56,326 nucleotides of DNA, taken from positions 1-56,326 of the IMG/VR virus record IMGVR_UViG_3300018083_000033. One strand, given 5' to 3'. Under the pieces are notes generated by a model that worked only from the letters and a program-made list of their open reading frames with translations, ran no database searches and had not been told where the DNA came from. Position 1 is the first letter of the stretch, and each line of letters starts with the position of its first letter. Shown here piece by piece: positions 29,709 through 38,170 of this stretch. A program made the position numbers and the translations under genes. The stretch is from a virus. Its lineage: Duplodnaviria; Caudoviricetes.

Positions 29709-29886
29709 CGGTCAGGCCCTCAGCGTCTACGTCTAGTCGGAGCGATTCAAATGTGTGGCAGTCCTCATCGCACTCGCCAGAGCAGTGCCCGTCTGTGAGC
29801 TCGCAACAGCCGCAGGCTGGACACGGGATTACGCCATGCTCAGCGCAGAAGTCGCTGTAGTCTTGGCGATCCTTGAACAGCGCCAT
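29701..29886 (-). CDS. Small Cys-rich hypothetical protein
   Basis: CPACGCC...C...C; coupled series. Confidence 0.5.
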   Translation of the reverse strand: MALFKDRQDYSDFCAEHGVIPCPACGCCELTDGHCSGECDEDCHTFESLRLDVDAEGLTDE

Positions 29887-29890
29887 CGGT

Positions 29891-30025
29891 TCACCGGAGC
29901 GGCAGCGATCCCACCAACGCCACCAGACAGAGCAGCACGACAGACACCCACAACGGCGCTTTCCCTAACGCACTGGCAATCGCCGCGACAAAGGCCGACA
30001 AGGCGAGCAGGAGGGTGATGGTCAT
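29891..30025 (-). CDS. Small two-TM membrane protein (44 aa)
   Basis: Hand translation MTITLLLALSAFVAAIASALGKAPLWVSVVLLCLVALVGSLPLR. Confidence 0.55.
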   Translation of the reverse strand: MTITLLLALSAFVAAIASALGKAPLWVSVVLLCLVALVGSLPLR

Positions 30026-30042
30026 GGCTCTAGTGTAGCCGA

Positions 30043-30459
30043 TTAGAAAACCAACCTACGTCCGCATCCATCGCAAAAGTCTGGATCGCGGTCGTCGTAG
30101 TCGCCATCGTCATCAGCCGGGAGCGAGTAGGTCACGCCGCGCTGGATCGTCGGGATCCTTAGTGGTTCACGTTCAGCGGTGCGATATTCCAACTGCGATC
30201 CTGAGAGCGCGATCCAGCCCTCTAAGTCTTCGCGCCGGAACGCATCGCCAGTCATCAGCCATTCTTTGATGACGAGGCCGATGTGCGCCACGGCTGCGGC
30301 GTCTGGATAGTAGACCGTGGCGCCGATGGTCCAGCCCTTAGGGTGGATGGCGCGAAGTTGGAGTTCCGCCATTGAATCAATCGGCGCCGCGCAACTCATC
30401 TCCGTCAACAGCCAGCCGTCTTGCGGCAGTGGTGGACGGCGCATACTGAATCGGGCCAT
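30043..30459 (-). CDS. Hypothetical protein
   Basis: Protein-like composition; leftward arm. Confidence 0.5.
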   Translation of the reverse strand: MARFSMRRPPLPQDGWLLTEMSCAAPIDSMAELQLRAIHPKGWTIGATVYYPDAAAVAHIGLVIKEWLMTGDAFRREDLEGWIALSGSQLEYRTAEREPLRIPTIQRGVTYSLPADDDGDYDDRDPDFCDGCGRRLVF

Positions 30460-30474
30460 CGCGACTTATTGTAG

Positions 30475-30552
30475 CGGATCAGCGCGTTGGTCGGCGCGGT
30501 AGCGCGCGGCTTTCGAGGGCAGCACAGGCTGACCATTCGCGACAGATCTTTT
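30475..30552 (-). repeat. Dispersed repeat copy C
   Basis: Reverse complement AAAAGATCTGTCGCGAATGG-N29-GCTACCGCGCCGACC...CGCTGATCCG. Confidence 0.8.
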
Positions 30553-30964
30553 ACCGGCACCGCGAGCAGGCGATCTTGGAATCCCGCACCTTGATCGGCG
30601 ACGTGCGGAAGAAGGGCCGCGCCTCATGGTAGCTGTCCAGATTCCTTTTGCAGTCTGGGCACTTCACCATCACGAGGCGCTGCGGCTGGTTCCATGTGGG
30701 CAGGGTGGCCGCGGCCGAAAGGCGAGAGAAGGCCCGCGCGAGGATGTCACGAATAGGGGACGCTTTGAGATGCACGCGGCCCAGATGGGCGGGAAGTGTG
30801 CCAGCTCGCCGTGACCGGCCCTGTCACTCGTTCTGGGGATGATGCTGGAGTCCGCTAGCTGCACGCCAAGGCTGAGCTAGTTGTTAAATTTTTTGACCGA
30901 ATTAAGTACCCCTTTGAACGGCTACACCTAGTCGGTATAACTTGCAGTCGCAACTTTTCCACTT

Positions 30965-31182
30965 TTACCCCTTCGGAGGCTTCCCGCGTGCCCCAGCGCC
31001 CCGGCCCGACTCTAGTAGCTTCTTCCTTCGCTCGGCCAGTAAACGCGGACCGGCGTTCGATGCGCGGGTATCGGGTGGTGTTCCGACAGGACCAACTCGA
31101 TGCGTGGTACCTGACGCGGCTGCTACTTCGCCTAAGTCCAGCTCGACGCCGCCAGTTAATGCTTCTGGGGGAATGTTTTCTT
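30965..31182 (-). pseudogene. Separated 3' part of the repressor gene
   Basis: Open frame (Q)ENIPPEALTGGVELDLG...KPPKG* in frame with the repressor if 31183-34680 is removed. Confidence 0.55.
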
Positions 31183-31429
31183 GGCACTGTCTCAGTTTGC
31201 CCTAGCGCTGCGCCTCACTGGACCGCAGACGACGCCAACGCCGAAGCGCGAAACCAATACCCGCCCACGCAAGAGACCAGATGGCGGGGTACAGAAATCC
31301 CTCCCTTGGAAGCGCCCAGACGCCGAGTGCGCTGACCAACCAAAGAGCGAACCAGTGCCAGCCCTTCATCGCTTCTGCCCTCGCCTGAGGAGTATCACCG
31401 ATTCACTGTGCGGTATGCGATACTCAGGC

Positions 31430-31669
31430 ATGCCTAAGCGGTCACGCAAGCGGGATCTGTCCGCCGATCCGAACGTCTCGGCCTTCAAGGTGCTTCAGCG
31501 CACGCTCGCTGATGCCAAGCCTGCAAAGAAGAAAAATCCAGCCGCTGTGGCCCTTGGCAGGCTTGGCGGGCTGAAGGGTGGCAAGTCTAGGGCCGAGAAA
31601 ATGACTGATGAGGAGCGGAGCGCTAGTGCGTCAGCCGCGGCGCGTGCAAGATGGGCACGCAAAGGTTAA
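31430..31669 (+). CDS. Small basic DNA-binding protein (KNPAAVALGRLGGLKGG type)
   Basis: MPKRSRK...KNPAAVALGRLGGLKGGKSRAEKMTDEERS...ARARW; start reassigned to ATG 31430. Confidence 0.8.
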   Translation: MPKRSRKRDLSADPNVSAFKVLQRTLADAKPAKKKNPAAVALGRLGGLKGGKSRAEKMTDEERSASASAAARARWARKG

Positions 31670-31685
31670 GCGTGACCGGTCACGC
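31670..31685. promoter_or_regulatory. Palindromic operator-like site
   Basis: Perfect palindrome GCGTGACCGGTCACGC, related to the 33404 site, next to TTGTCA-17-CATACT. Confidence 0.65.
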
Positions 31686-31725
31686 AAGTTGTCAATACTT
31701 GAACCGTGCTACATACTGGACGCAG

Positions 31726-32142
31726 ATGTCTAGTCTGGAAATGAGTCCACCGGTGGCTGCAATCGCTCAGTGGGGCGCGCCCTCGCAGCAGGGGGGATGG
31801 CTTGCGCTGGCCCCTGTCATCGTATTGGACTGGGAAGTCCATTCACACAACCGAGCAGGGATCGAAGCACTCTACAAGTTGGATTCAGTCATCGAAAGCT
31901 TCGACGACGATGACTTCGATCACGTGATCGAAGTCCTGACGAGCGTCCTTGGCACCATCGACGGGTACATTCAGATTCGCGGGACCGGCACGATGCTCCT
32001 ACGAAAGATCCGAAGCCAGCGCCAAATAGTCTCTCAGGCCATAGAAGCGCTAAAGCGCGGCTATGCGCCAGGAACTGTTCCGTCAGAATCTGATCGCCTG
32101 ACTATCGCAAGTTCGCGGTTGCGCGAAATCGGCATTCGCTAG
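31726..32142 (+). CDS. Hypothetical cargo protein
   Basis: ATG 31726 follows a promoter-like sequence. Confidence 0.55.
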   Translation: MSSLEMSPPVAAIAQWGAPSQQGGWLALAPVIVLDWEVHSHNRAGIEALYKLDSVIESFDDDDFDHVIEVLTSVLGTIDGYIQIRGTGTMLLRKIRSQRQIVSQAIEALKRGYAPGTVPSESDRLTIASSRLREIGIR

Positions 32143-32441
32143 GTGCGAGTGCGCCCGGTTACCCCAGCGCTTTTCAGGTACCCCCAGAAGTTATCGAAGT
32201 CGGACTTCTGCTCGCAAAGCGCCACTGCCAAGGCATCGGCATAGCGCCGTTTTGCTGTGGCGCTCATGTTGTAGAAGTAGTCCTGCATCAGCTCGCAAAA
32301 ACGGGCCTCAGCGTCCTCCTCTCCGCGAGCGTCTAGAATCCCAACTAGAGTCTTAGCCAGCATCGATATTGGCGCATCATCCGAAGCGTTCTCCGCTAGC
32401 TGACGCAGCTTGCGGCTCGAGATGGCATCGAAGAGTGTCAT
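32139..32441 (-). CDS. Hypothetical cargo protein
   Basis: Convergent 4-bp overlap with the previous gene; helical composition. Confidence 0.55.
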   Translation of the reverse strand: MTLFDAISSRKLRQLAENASDDAPISMLAKTLVGILDARGEEDAEARFCELMQDYFYNMSATAKRRYADALAVALCEQKSDFDNFWGYLKSAGVTGRTRT

Positions 32442-32446
32442 CCGGC

Positions 32447-33010
32447 CTACTTGTCGTCCGGCATCGGTGGCTCCGGCTCGTCCTCAATGTCGAGCGGTGG
32501 CTCGGCAGGAACGCTAGCAACAACTAACCCGGCGGGGTCTGGCCTGCTGGGCTTCACTGGGCGACGGCGTCCTGGGTACCATTCTGCCAGCGCCCAGTTT
32601 CGGCCAATGCGCACGACGTCTGCCTCGTCACGCTCGCGGCGATATAGAGCGGTATTCACTGTGTTGACAAAATTGCTTGACTGGTGATGGAAGTTGGCCG
32701 CTTCCAGTGCGTCGGTGATCTCCCGCGTCGTCTGCTGCTTCTTCACGATCTGCAGGTACCGGATCGCCGACTCGGCCAAATTCAGACCGAAGAAGGTATC
32801 AGGTGTCACAGATGCCGGATGAACGACAGCGCCACTGGGGACTGTGGCGGTCGCAATCACCTGCGGGCTGCCAGGCATGGCGGCGATGGCTCCCAGCACG
32901 TGCTTAATGCCGGCGATGGCTCCGTCCACTGCCGAGTTAAATGCCGCACGCTTTGCCTCTAAGTCGGCGACGACGGCTTCGTAGTCGATGGTCTGCTGCG
33001 GCATTTTCAT
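32447..33010 (-). CDS. Winged-helix protein with N-terminal coiled coil (HARE-HTH-like)
   Basis: YEAVVADLEAKR; AIRYLQIVKKQQTTREITDAL...NTVNTALYR...WALAEW. Confidence 0.7.
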   Translation of the reverse strand: MKMPQQTIDYEAVVADLEAKRAAFNSAVDGAIAGIKHVLGAIAAMPGSPQVIATATVPSGAVVHPASVTPDTFFGLNLAESAIRYLQIVKKQQTTREITDALEAANFHHQSSNFVNTVNTALYRRERDEADVVRIGRNWALAEWYPGRRRPVKPSRPDPAGLVVASVPAEPPLDIEDEPEPPMPDDK

Positions 33011-33039
33011 TGAAATCCTTCAGTAAATCGCGTATAAAT

Positions 33040-33187
33040 ACGAAAGCGGCAAGATCATGAGGGCCGGGGTTTCCCCCGGCCCACGCCCTTCATAGGGGCG
33101 GCGCTATTTCATGGTCCTCTCCCGCGATCAGGGGCGGTGCCGGGGTGAACTCTTGGAGGGGTTTCCCGGTTCCGTCCTTTCGTTTTC
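33040..33187 (+). ncRNA. Candidate structured small RNA
   Basis: TTGAAA-17-TATAAA upstream; nested hairpins; ends in a stem plus T-rich tract. Confidence 0.45.
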
Positions 33188-33397
33188 GATCCTACCACAA
33201 CAAAACGCTGATCTGCAGCCGCTCCACGATCTGGCCACATCATCAAGTCAAAGACTGATATCGAGGCCATGGATGGCATAGCCGTGAATATGCCGTATTT
33301 TTAGGCTGTTTCGGTCGATTCAACAGTGTCCAAAGAGTCATGCACTGCACTACAAGTCTTGCGTGACGTGGTTTCGTCGTGGTTGATATGGTTTCTA

Positions 33398-33426
33398 TTG
33401 ACAATGCGTGAGCGCTCACGCATAAT
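33398..33426 (+). promoter_or_regulatory. Transposase promoter with embedded 20-bp palindromic operator
   Basis: TTGACA-17-CATAAT; ATGCGTGAGCGCTCACGCAT at 33404-33423. Confidence 0.8.
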
Positions 33427-33435
33427 CACTCCATC

Positions 33436-34281
33436 ATGAACAAGCTGAACACGGCCAAGCGGACCCAGATCGTCAAGGCACTTGTTGAGGGCAATAGCCT
33501 GCGAAGCACGCAGCGCATGACCGGCGTTTCGATCAACACGATCACGAAACTGCTGGTCGATCTCGGCACGGCCTGCGAGGCATTTCATGATGCGGCCGTA
33601 CGCAACGTGCCCGCACAGCGCGTGCAGTGTGACGAGGTGTGGTGCTTCTGCTACGCGCGCAAGGAGAACCTGCCGGAAGAACTGCGCGGCGTGCACGGCT
33701 ACGGCGATCTCTGGACGTGGGTCGGCCAGTGCGCGGATTCTAAGCTCGTGATCTCGTGGCACGTCGGACGCCGCGATGCCGAGACGGCGCACCCGTTCAT
33801 GCACGATCTCGCCGCGCGTCTCTCGTCACGCGTACAGCTCACGACGGACGGTTGGGGCGTGTATCTGGAAGCGACCGATGCCGCGTTTGGCACGGACATC
33901 GACTATGCGAGATTGATAAAAGTGTACGGGAGCGACCCGAACGCGGAGCGCCGGTACGCGCCCCCCGTCTGCATCGAGACAAAGGTGCAGGTCGTCTCAG
34001 GCGACCCAGACATCGCGCACATCAGCACGTCCTACATCGAGCGGCAGAACCTTCAGATGCGGATGTCGATGCGTCGATTCACGCGCTTGACGAACGGCCA
34101 CAGCAAGAAGGTCGAGAATCACGAGCACGCCCTTGCGATTCACTACGTCCACTACAACTTCGCGCGTCCGCAGAAGGCGCTAAAGGGCACGCCTGCGATG
34201 GCGTGCGGCCTCGCTGACCGCGTGTGGTCAATGGAAGACGTCATTGGGCTGCTGGACGTGGCCGAGAAAAAAGCGGCGTAG
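33436..34281 (+). CDS. IS1-family DDE transposase (single ORF, intact)
   Basis: N-terminal HTH EGNSLRSTQRMTGVSINT, QCDEVW, WTWV, LTTDG, TSYIERQNLQMR..RRFTRLT. Confidence 0.92.
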   Translation: MNKLNTAKRTQIVKALVEGNSLRSTQRMTGVSINTITKLLVDLGTACEAFHDAAVRNVPAQRVQCDEVWCFCYARKENLPEELRGVHGYGDLWTWVGQCADSKLVISWHVGRRDAETAHPFMHDLAARLSSRVQLTTDGWGVYLEATDAAFGTDIDYARLIKVYGSDPNAERRYAPPVCIETKVQVVSGDPDIAHISTSYIERQNLQMRMSMRRFTRLTNGHSKKVENHEHALAIHYVHYNFARPQKALKGTPAMACGLADRVWSMEDVIGLLDVAEKKAA

Positions 34282-34284
34282 CCG

Positions 34285-34518
34285 ATGGTGAGGCCGCCCA
34301 CGGAAGCGCGTGCGATTGTTGCGGCATTGAGCCGCAACGTCCGCGCGCGCCGTCGCGCAGCCGGTCTGACTCAGGGCGCTTTGGCAAAGCGCGCCAGGTG
34401 CGCGCTCGCGTTCATCAGCTTGATCGAGCGAGGCAAGGCGAACCCTTCTCTCGTTACAATGGTGCTGATTGCGGGCGCGCTAGAATGCGCGGTGCCGGAT
34501 CTGCTCAGCGAGGCTTGA
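34285..34518 (+). CDS. XRE-family HTH regulator
   Basis: GLTQGALAKRA...FISLIERGKANPSL. Confidence 0.88.
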   Translation: MVRPPTEARAIVAALSRNVRARRRAAGLTQGALAKRARCALAFISLIERGKANPSLVTMVLIAGALECAVPDLLSEA

Positions 34519-34576
34519 TATGGGGATCGACATTCACGTCCACGACCAATACTTTGTCGTGACGCACTTCCATTAC

Positions 34577-35101
34577 CTACCCATCATCTTGGGTGTCGCG
34601 CTGCTCGCGTTCGGGGCGTGGAAACTCGCCAAGTTCCTCTGGTTGGCTCTGGGCAGCTAGGGTCAAACTGAGACAGTGCCGACGAAACATCCACGCTAGC
34701 ACAGGACGACGAACGCTCCGCGGCATCTTCCGAACCCGTGCGATGAGTTCTTCGGAGTCGCGATCCGGCATGGAGCCCACGAAATACTCGAGGATGTCCA
34801 GCCAGGCATCGCGGATCGTTGACGGCCAGTTCTGAAAGTGCCGGAGTAGTCGCATCTCGGACGGCGAGAGCTCGCGAATGATCGCGTCCTCGTGGCGGAC
34901 GAGCTCGCTGGGCGACATCCGCAGCTTCTCAGCGACGGCATCGAAGTCCTTCCACGGCAGGCCTTGTGTGCCCTTCAGGATGCCGGAGATCCACGCATCG
35001 TCATGGCCCACCCCGCGGCCGAGTTCGCGGGCGGTCATGCCGAGCTCGTCTAAACGTTCCTGAATCCGCACGCGCACGCGTGTTTTCACGTCTTTCCGCA
35101 T
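34577..35101 (-). CDS. CI-like repressor; C-terminus currently supplied by the transposon end
   Basis: HTH LGMTARELGRGVGHDDAWISGILKG; divergent from the cro-like gene; reads through the right TIR. Confidence 0.8.
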   Translation of the reverse strand: MRKDVKTRVRVRIQERLDELGMTARELGRGVGHDDAWISGILKGTQGLPWKDFDAVAEKLRMSPSELVRHEDAIIRELSPSEMRLLRHFQNWPSTIRDAWLDILEYFVGSMPDRDSEELIARVRKMPRSVRRPVLAWMFRRHCLSLTLAAQSQPEELGEFPRPEREQRDTQDDG

Positions 35102-35221
35102 CTGGAAGCTCTTAGATACCACCACTCCAGCCGCGCTGTCTACCGTAAGGCCCGCGCCCGCTTGCACTTACAGGAATCCTGTAGCGCTGCGAGAAAAATG
35201 TAGTTCCTGCGCGAATAGTTC

Positions 35222-35249
35222 TTGACTTCCATTTCCGCGTAGGTAAGAT
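35222..35249 (+). promoter_or_regulatory. PR-like promoter
   Basis: TTGACT-16-TAAGAT just upstream of the cro-like ATG. Confidence 0.55.
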
Positions 35250-35259
35250 ACCTCTGGCT

Positions 35260-35574
35260 ATGGAAATCACGCAGTCAGAGACGGCACCTCCGGCACCGAA
35301 GCTCTTTTCAGAGTTGCGCGCATGGATGGACCGCACGAACACGACGCAGGCGACATTGGCGCAATTCCTCGGCATTCGTGAGCCGCAGATGTCCCGCATG
35401 CTCAACGGCACGCGAGCGCTGGGCAGCGACTACGCCACGCGGCTGTCAGACCTCACCGGCATCCCTGTGGAAAAGCTGTTGACTGACAGATCGGCTATTC
35501 GACTCCTTAAGTTCTTAGGCAAACGCTCTAGAGTGTCCACCAAAAAGACTAAGGGGAAGCGCAGTGTCGCATAA
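35260..35574 (+). CDS. Cro-like HTH regulator
   Basis: TTQATLAQFLGIREPQMSRMLNGTR. Confidence 0.85.
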   Translation: MEITQSETAPPAPKLFSELRAWMDRTNTTQATLAQFLGIREPQMSRMLNGTRALGSDYATRLSDLTGIPVEKLLTDRSAIRLLKFLGKRSRVSTKKTKGKRSVA

Positions 35575-36139
35575 TACACGTGGTGTAAGCCTCGGGATTC
35601 CTGAAGTCGTATTCACTCCGCAGGACGCGGAGCGCTTCTGGTCGAAGGTGGAGCGGCAGGGTCCAATCCCTGCCCATCGGTTCGACCTCGGCCGGTGCTG
35701 GCAGTGGACCGCGAGCCTGATTGCGAGCCGCTACGGACAGTTTCGCATGCAGGCCAACGGCGCCTGTGGCAAACAGGTGACAGTTTACGCGCACCGACTG
35801 TCCTACATATTGTCGCACGGTCCCATCCCTGACGACCTGCAAGTTCTGCACGAGTGCGACAACACGCGCTGCGTCAATCCCGCCCACCTGAAGCTCGGCA
35901 CGCACAAATCAAACATGGAAGACGCCGCCGACCGGGGCCGGCTCCACGTGCCACGGCCGGGGCGCCAGCGGGTCACCGATGGTCAACTGGCCGAGATGCT
36001 GGCGCTCGTCTCTGCCGGCATGCCGCAATCCCACGTTGCCAAGCAGTTCGGCGTCAGCAAGGCGTACGTCACGCGCCTGCGGCAAGGTTCCCTCCGTCAA
36101 TACAGCCTGCCGCCTGTCGCGGCCGAGAAAGCGAGCTAG
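35564..36139 (+). CDS. HNH homing-type endonuclease
   Basis: RFWSKV, CWQW, AHRLSY, VLHECDNTRCVNPAHL..GTHKSNMED; C-terminal HTH. Confidence 0.92.
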   Translation: MSHNTRGVSLGIPEVVFTPQDAERFWSKVERQGPIPAHRFDLGRCWQWTASLIASRYGQFRMQANGACGKQVTVYAHRLSYILSHGPIPDDLQVLHECDNTRCVNPAHLKLGTHKSNMEDAADRGRLHVPRPGRQRVTDGQLAEMLALVSAGMPQSHVAKQFGVSKAYVTRLRQGSLRQYSLPPVAAEKAS

Positions 36140-36142
36140 CCC

Positions 36143-36274
36143 ATGTGGGACAGAGCGTACTTGTTCGCGGTCGAGGTTAACGAGCAGTTGACGCGCGAGT
36201 TCCTGATCGACTTGGCCGCGTTGGGGCTGACCTTTCTGGTCATCCTCGCGGCCCTCTGCTTGGTGTCGATCTAG
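36143..36274 (+). CDS. Small membrane protein (43 aa)
   Basis: Hand translation ending LAALGLTFLVILAALCLVSI. Confidence 0.45.
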   Translation: MWDRAYLFAVEVNEQLTREFLIDLAALGLTFLVILAALCLVSI

Positions 36275-36685
36275 ATGACAGCCATACACGTCCCCGTCGC
36301 GAATGGACAGACAGTGCCAGTTCGGGAGCCGCGGGCTACCGCGTCGGCGGCTGTCGCTGATTCGATCGTTGCTACGCACTCGCCGCTGCCGTGGCGCACA
36401 GAAACGCTGCTTGGCGACCAATACACCGCGGTGTGGGATGCGTGGAAGGACGGCCGCTGTTATCAGATCGCGAGGGTGTTCAATGATTGGCCGCGCAGTG
36501 GCGACATGAATGCCGAGTTCATCGTGCGCGCCTGCAACAACCATTACAGCCTGTGGTGGGCGATGCTCGCCGGTCGCGTTGCCTTGCAATCCCTCACTGA
36601 GGGCAGGATCGAAGAAGCGCGCGAGCGTGCCCATGACGCGCTGCGGCGCATAGATAAAGCCATCGTGAGAGCCGAGGCCCGCTAG
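36275..36685 (+). CDS. Hypothetical protein (N-terminus encoded by repeat A)
   Basis: HSPLPW...NAEFIVRACN motif common in phage early proteins. Confidence 0.7.
   Translation: MTAIHVPVANGQTVPVREPRATASAAVADSIVATHSPLPWRTETLLGDQYTAVWDAWKDGRCYQIARVFNDWPRSGDMNAEFIVRACNNHYSLWWAMLAGRVALQSLTEGRIEEARERAHDALRRIDKAIVRAEAR
36296..36367 (+). repeat. Dispersed repeat copy A
   Basis: GTCGCGAATGGACAG...GCTACCGCGTCGGCGGCTGTCGCTGATTCGATC. Confidence 0.85.
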
Positions 36686-36874
36686 ATGCCCGTCACCTAC
36701 ATCGACACCAGACTGGCCGGGGCGAGTGCGTGGTGCCCGTGGTGTGTCGGCTACTGCGGCGTGCGGATCGACAGCCAGCGCATGTTGTCCTGTGTCGAGT
36801 GCGGCTGTCCCCTGAGAGAACCCACCGCGCTGGAGCAGATGCAGCAGCGCAAGGCGTGGAAGGACGTGGCCTAA

Positions 36875-37276
36875 ATGACGAAAGAGGATTCGCGAATGGA
36901 CACGACGGGCGACTCCATCGACAGCCGTACCGCGTCGAAGGATCTGCCCATCGCCACCGCCCTGATTAAGGCCGCTGACTTGCTCGCCCGTCCAAATGCT
37001 TGGACGAGAAGCGTCTTTGCTCGCGATGCTGAGGGTAAGCCGCTCTCGTTCGGACATTCCAGTTTGGCCTGCCAGTGGTGCGTCTTGGGGGCGCTCGAAT
37101 CGGTCACGTTCAACTATCCGCTGATTCGCAACGGCGCGTGCAAGGTTCTCGGCGGCGTGCTGGGGATTGAGCCGTTCCAAGACGACATCGCGGACTGGAA
37201 CGACAACAGCACGCAAACCGAAGTCGTCGCCAAGTTGCGCGAAGCCGCTGCCCTCGCAGCCGCAGAGGGCCGATGA
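36875..37276 (+). CDS. DUF6197-like protein
   Basis: LIKAADLL...WT...WCVLGAL...WND...EVVAKLREAA. Confidence 0.7.
   Translation: MTKEDSRMDTTGDSIDSRTASKDLPIATALIKAADLLARPNAWTRSVFARDAEGKPLSFGHSSLACQWCVLGALESVTFNYPLIRNGACKVLGGVLGIEPFQDDIADWNDNSTQTEVVAKLREAAALAAAEGR
36880..36940 (+). repeat. Dispersed repeat copy F
   Basis: GAAAGAGGATTCGCGAATGGACAC...TACCGCGTCG. Confidence 0.7.
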
Positions 37277-37534
37277 CGCACGAGATGCGCTTAGCCCCGT
37301 CATGCGCGCGGCCGTCTGAGGAGCTCGCGGAGATCTGCGAGCAGTTGGGCGCGGTGGAGCCGGTTCCGCTCTTCCATCCGAGCCCGGTTGCAGTCCACAC
37401 AGTTACACAGTCGTTCGGCGTGGCATCGGTCGATCTCGCGCGGTTGGGAGTCGCGCTCGGTTCGGGGGTCATCCTCGCTGCACAGGGTCACGTAGCGAGG
37501 GCGGATAGGGTCAGCGAATTGAGCAGGTAACACC

Positions 37535-37888
37535 ATGAGCAAGGTTACGGCGGCGCTCGCAACTAGTCATCCCGTTTCTCTGGACATCGGGAAGGCGCGG
37601 ATGGCGAAAGCGGATGTCCAGCTTCCGGACATTGACTGGAACGGCGTGATTTCTTCAGCAATTCGACGCGCCGTGAAGGATGTCTGGGAAGACCACAAAG
37701 TCGCGGCAGGCGAAATCGGCGTGGACGCGAGCGAGTTTGGGAAGTGGTTGAACGGCACGCGGCGTCCCCAACTGGACAAGCTCTGGTCGATTGCGCGGTT
37801 GCGTCAGCCGCTCTGTGTGCGGTTCGCGCAGTTGGCCGGGGCAGAGATTCACACGCGGGTGGAATGGCCCGTTGAGAGGATCGCGTAG
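37535..37888 (+). CDS. CII-like HTH regulator
   Basis: KVAAGEIGVDASEFGKWLNGTRRP; early rightward arm. Confidence 0.65.
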   Translation: MSKVTAALATSHPVSLDIGKARMAKADVQLPDIDWNGVISSAIRRAVKDVWEDHKVAAGEIGVDASEFGKWLNGTRRPQLDKLWSIARLRQPLCVRFAQLAGAEIHTRVEWPVERIA

Positions 37889-38170
37889 ATGGCTCGCTGT
37901 TCCCGGTGCAAGACGTCGTTTCGCACAATGGAGGACGAGGCCGACATGCACGCCTGTCCATCGTGCGGGTTTGGCGAGCCGGAACCGCCACCGCCGGATC
38001 CGAACTGGTGTGTGTGCGGCTGTCACCGCGAGGACCACGAGGCCGGCGTGTGCATCATCGCGGAGGACTGCGGGTGTAGCGGGTATCGGCAGCAGGATGC
38101 GGACGACCTGATTGCGATCGACATTGTGGCCGCGCTAACGGCCAGCTTACAGGCGAGGGGTGGGCGATGA
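37889..38170 (+). CDS. Cys-rich hypothetical protein
   Basis: Multiple CxxC and CxC motifs. Confidence 0.5.
   Translation: MARCSRCKTSFRTMEDEADMHACPSCGFGEPEPPPPDPNWCVCGCHREDHEAGVCIIAEDCGCSGYRQQDADDLIAIDIVAALTASLQARGGR

Larger units (their letters stand above)
31183..34680 (+). mobile_element. IS1-family transposon with passenger genes (3,498 bp)
   Basis: Perfect 17-bp TIRs GGCACTGTCTCAGTTTG (31183-31199) and CAAACTGAGACAGTGCC (34664-34680), extendable to 24/25 bp with one indel; encloses a DDE transposase. Confidence 0.9.

Noticed and set aside
30988-31335. Plus-strand ORF reading into the left TIR
   Set aside because: No motif or clear RBS; better explained as antisense to the separated repressor tail
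35909-37303. 464-aa minus-strand ORF, and similar long antisense ORFs at 2839-3876, 9207-10370 and 21420-22613
   Set aside because: Shadow frames of well-supported plus-strand genes in high-GC DNA; no motifs
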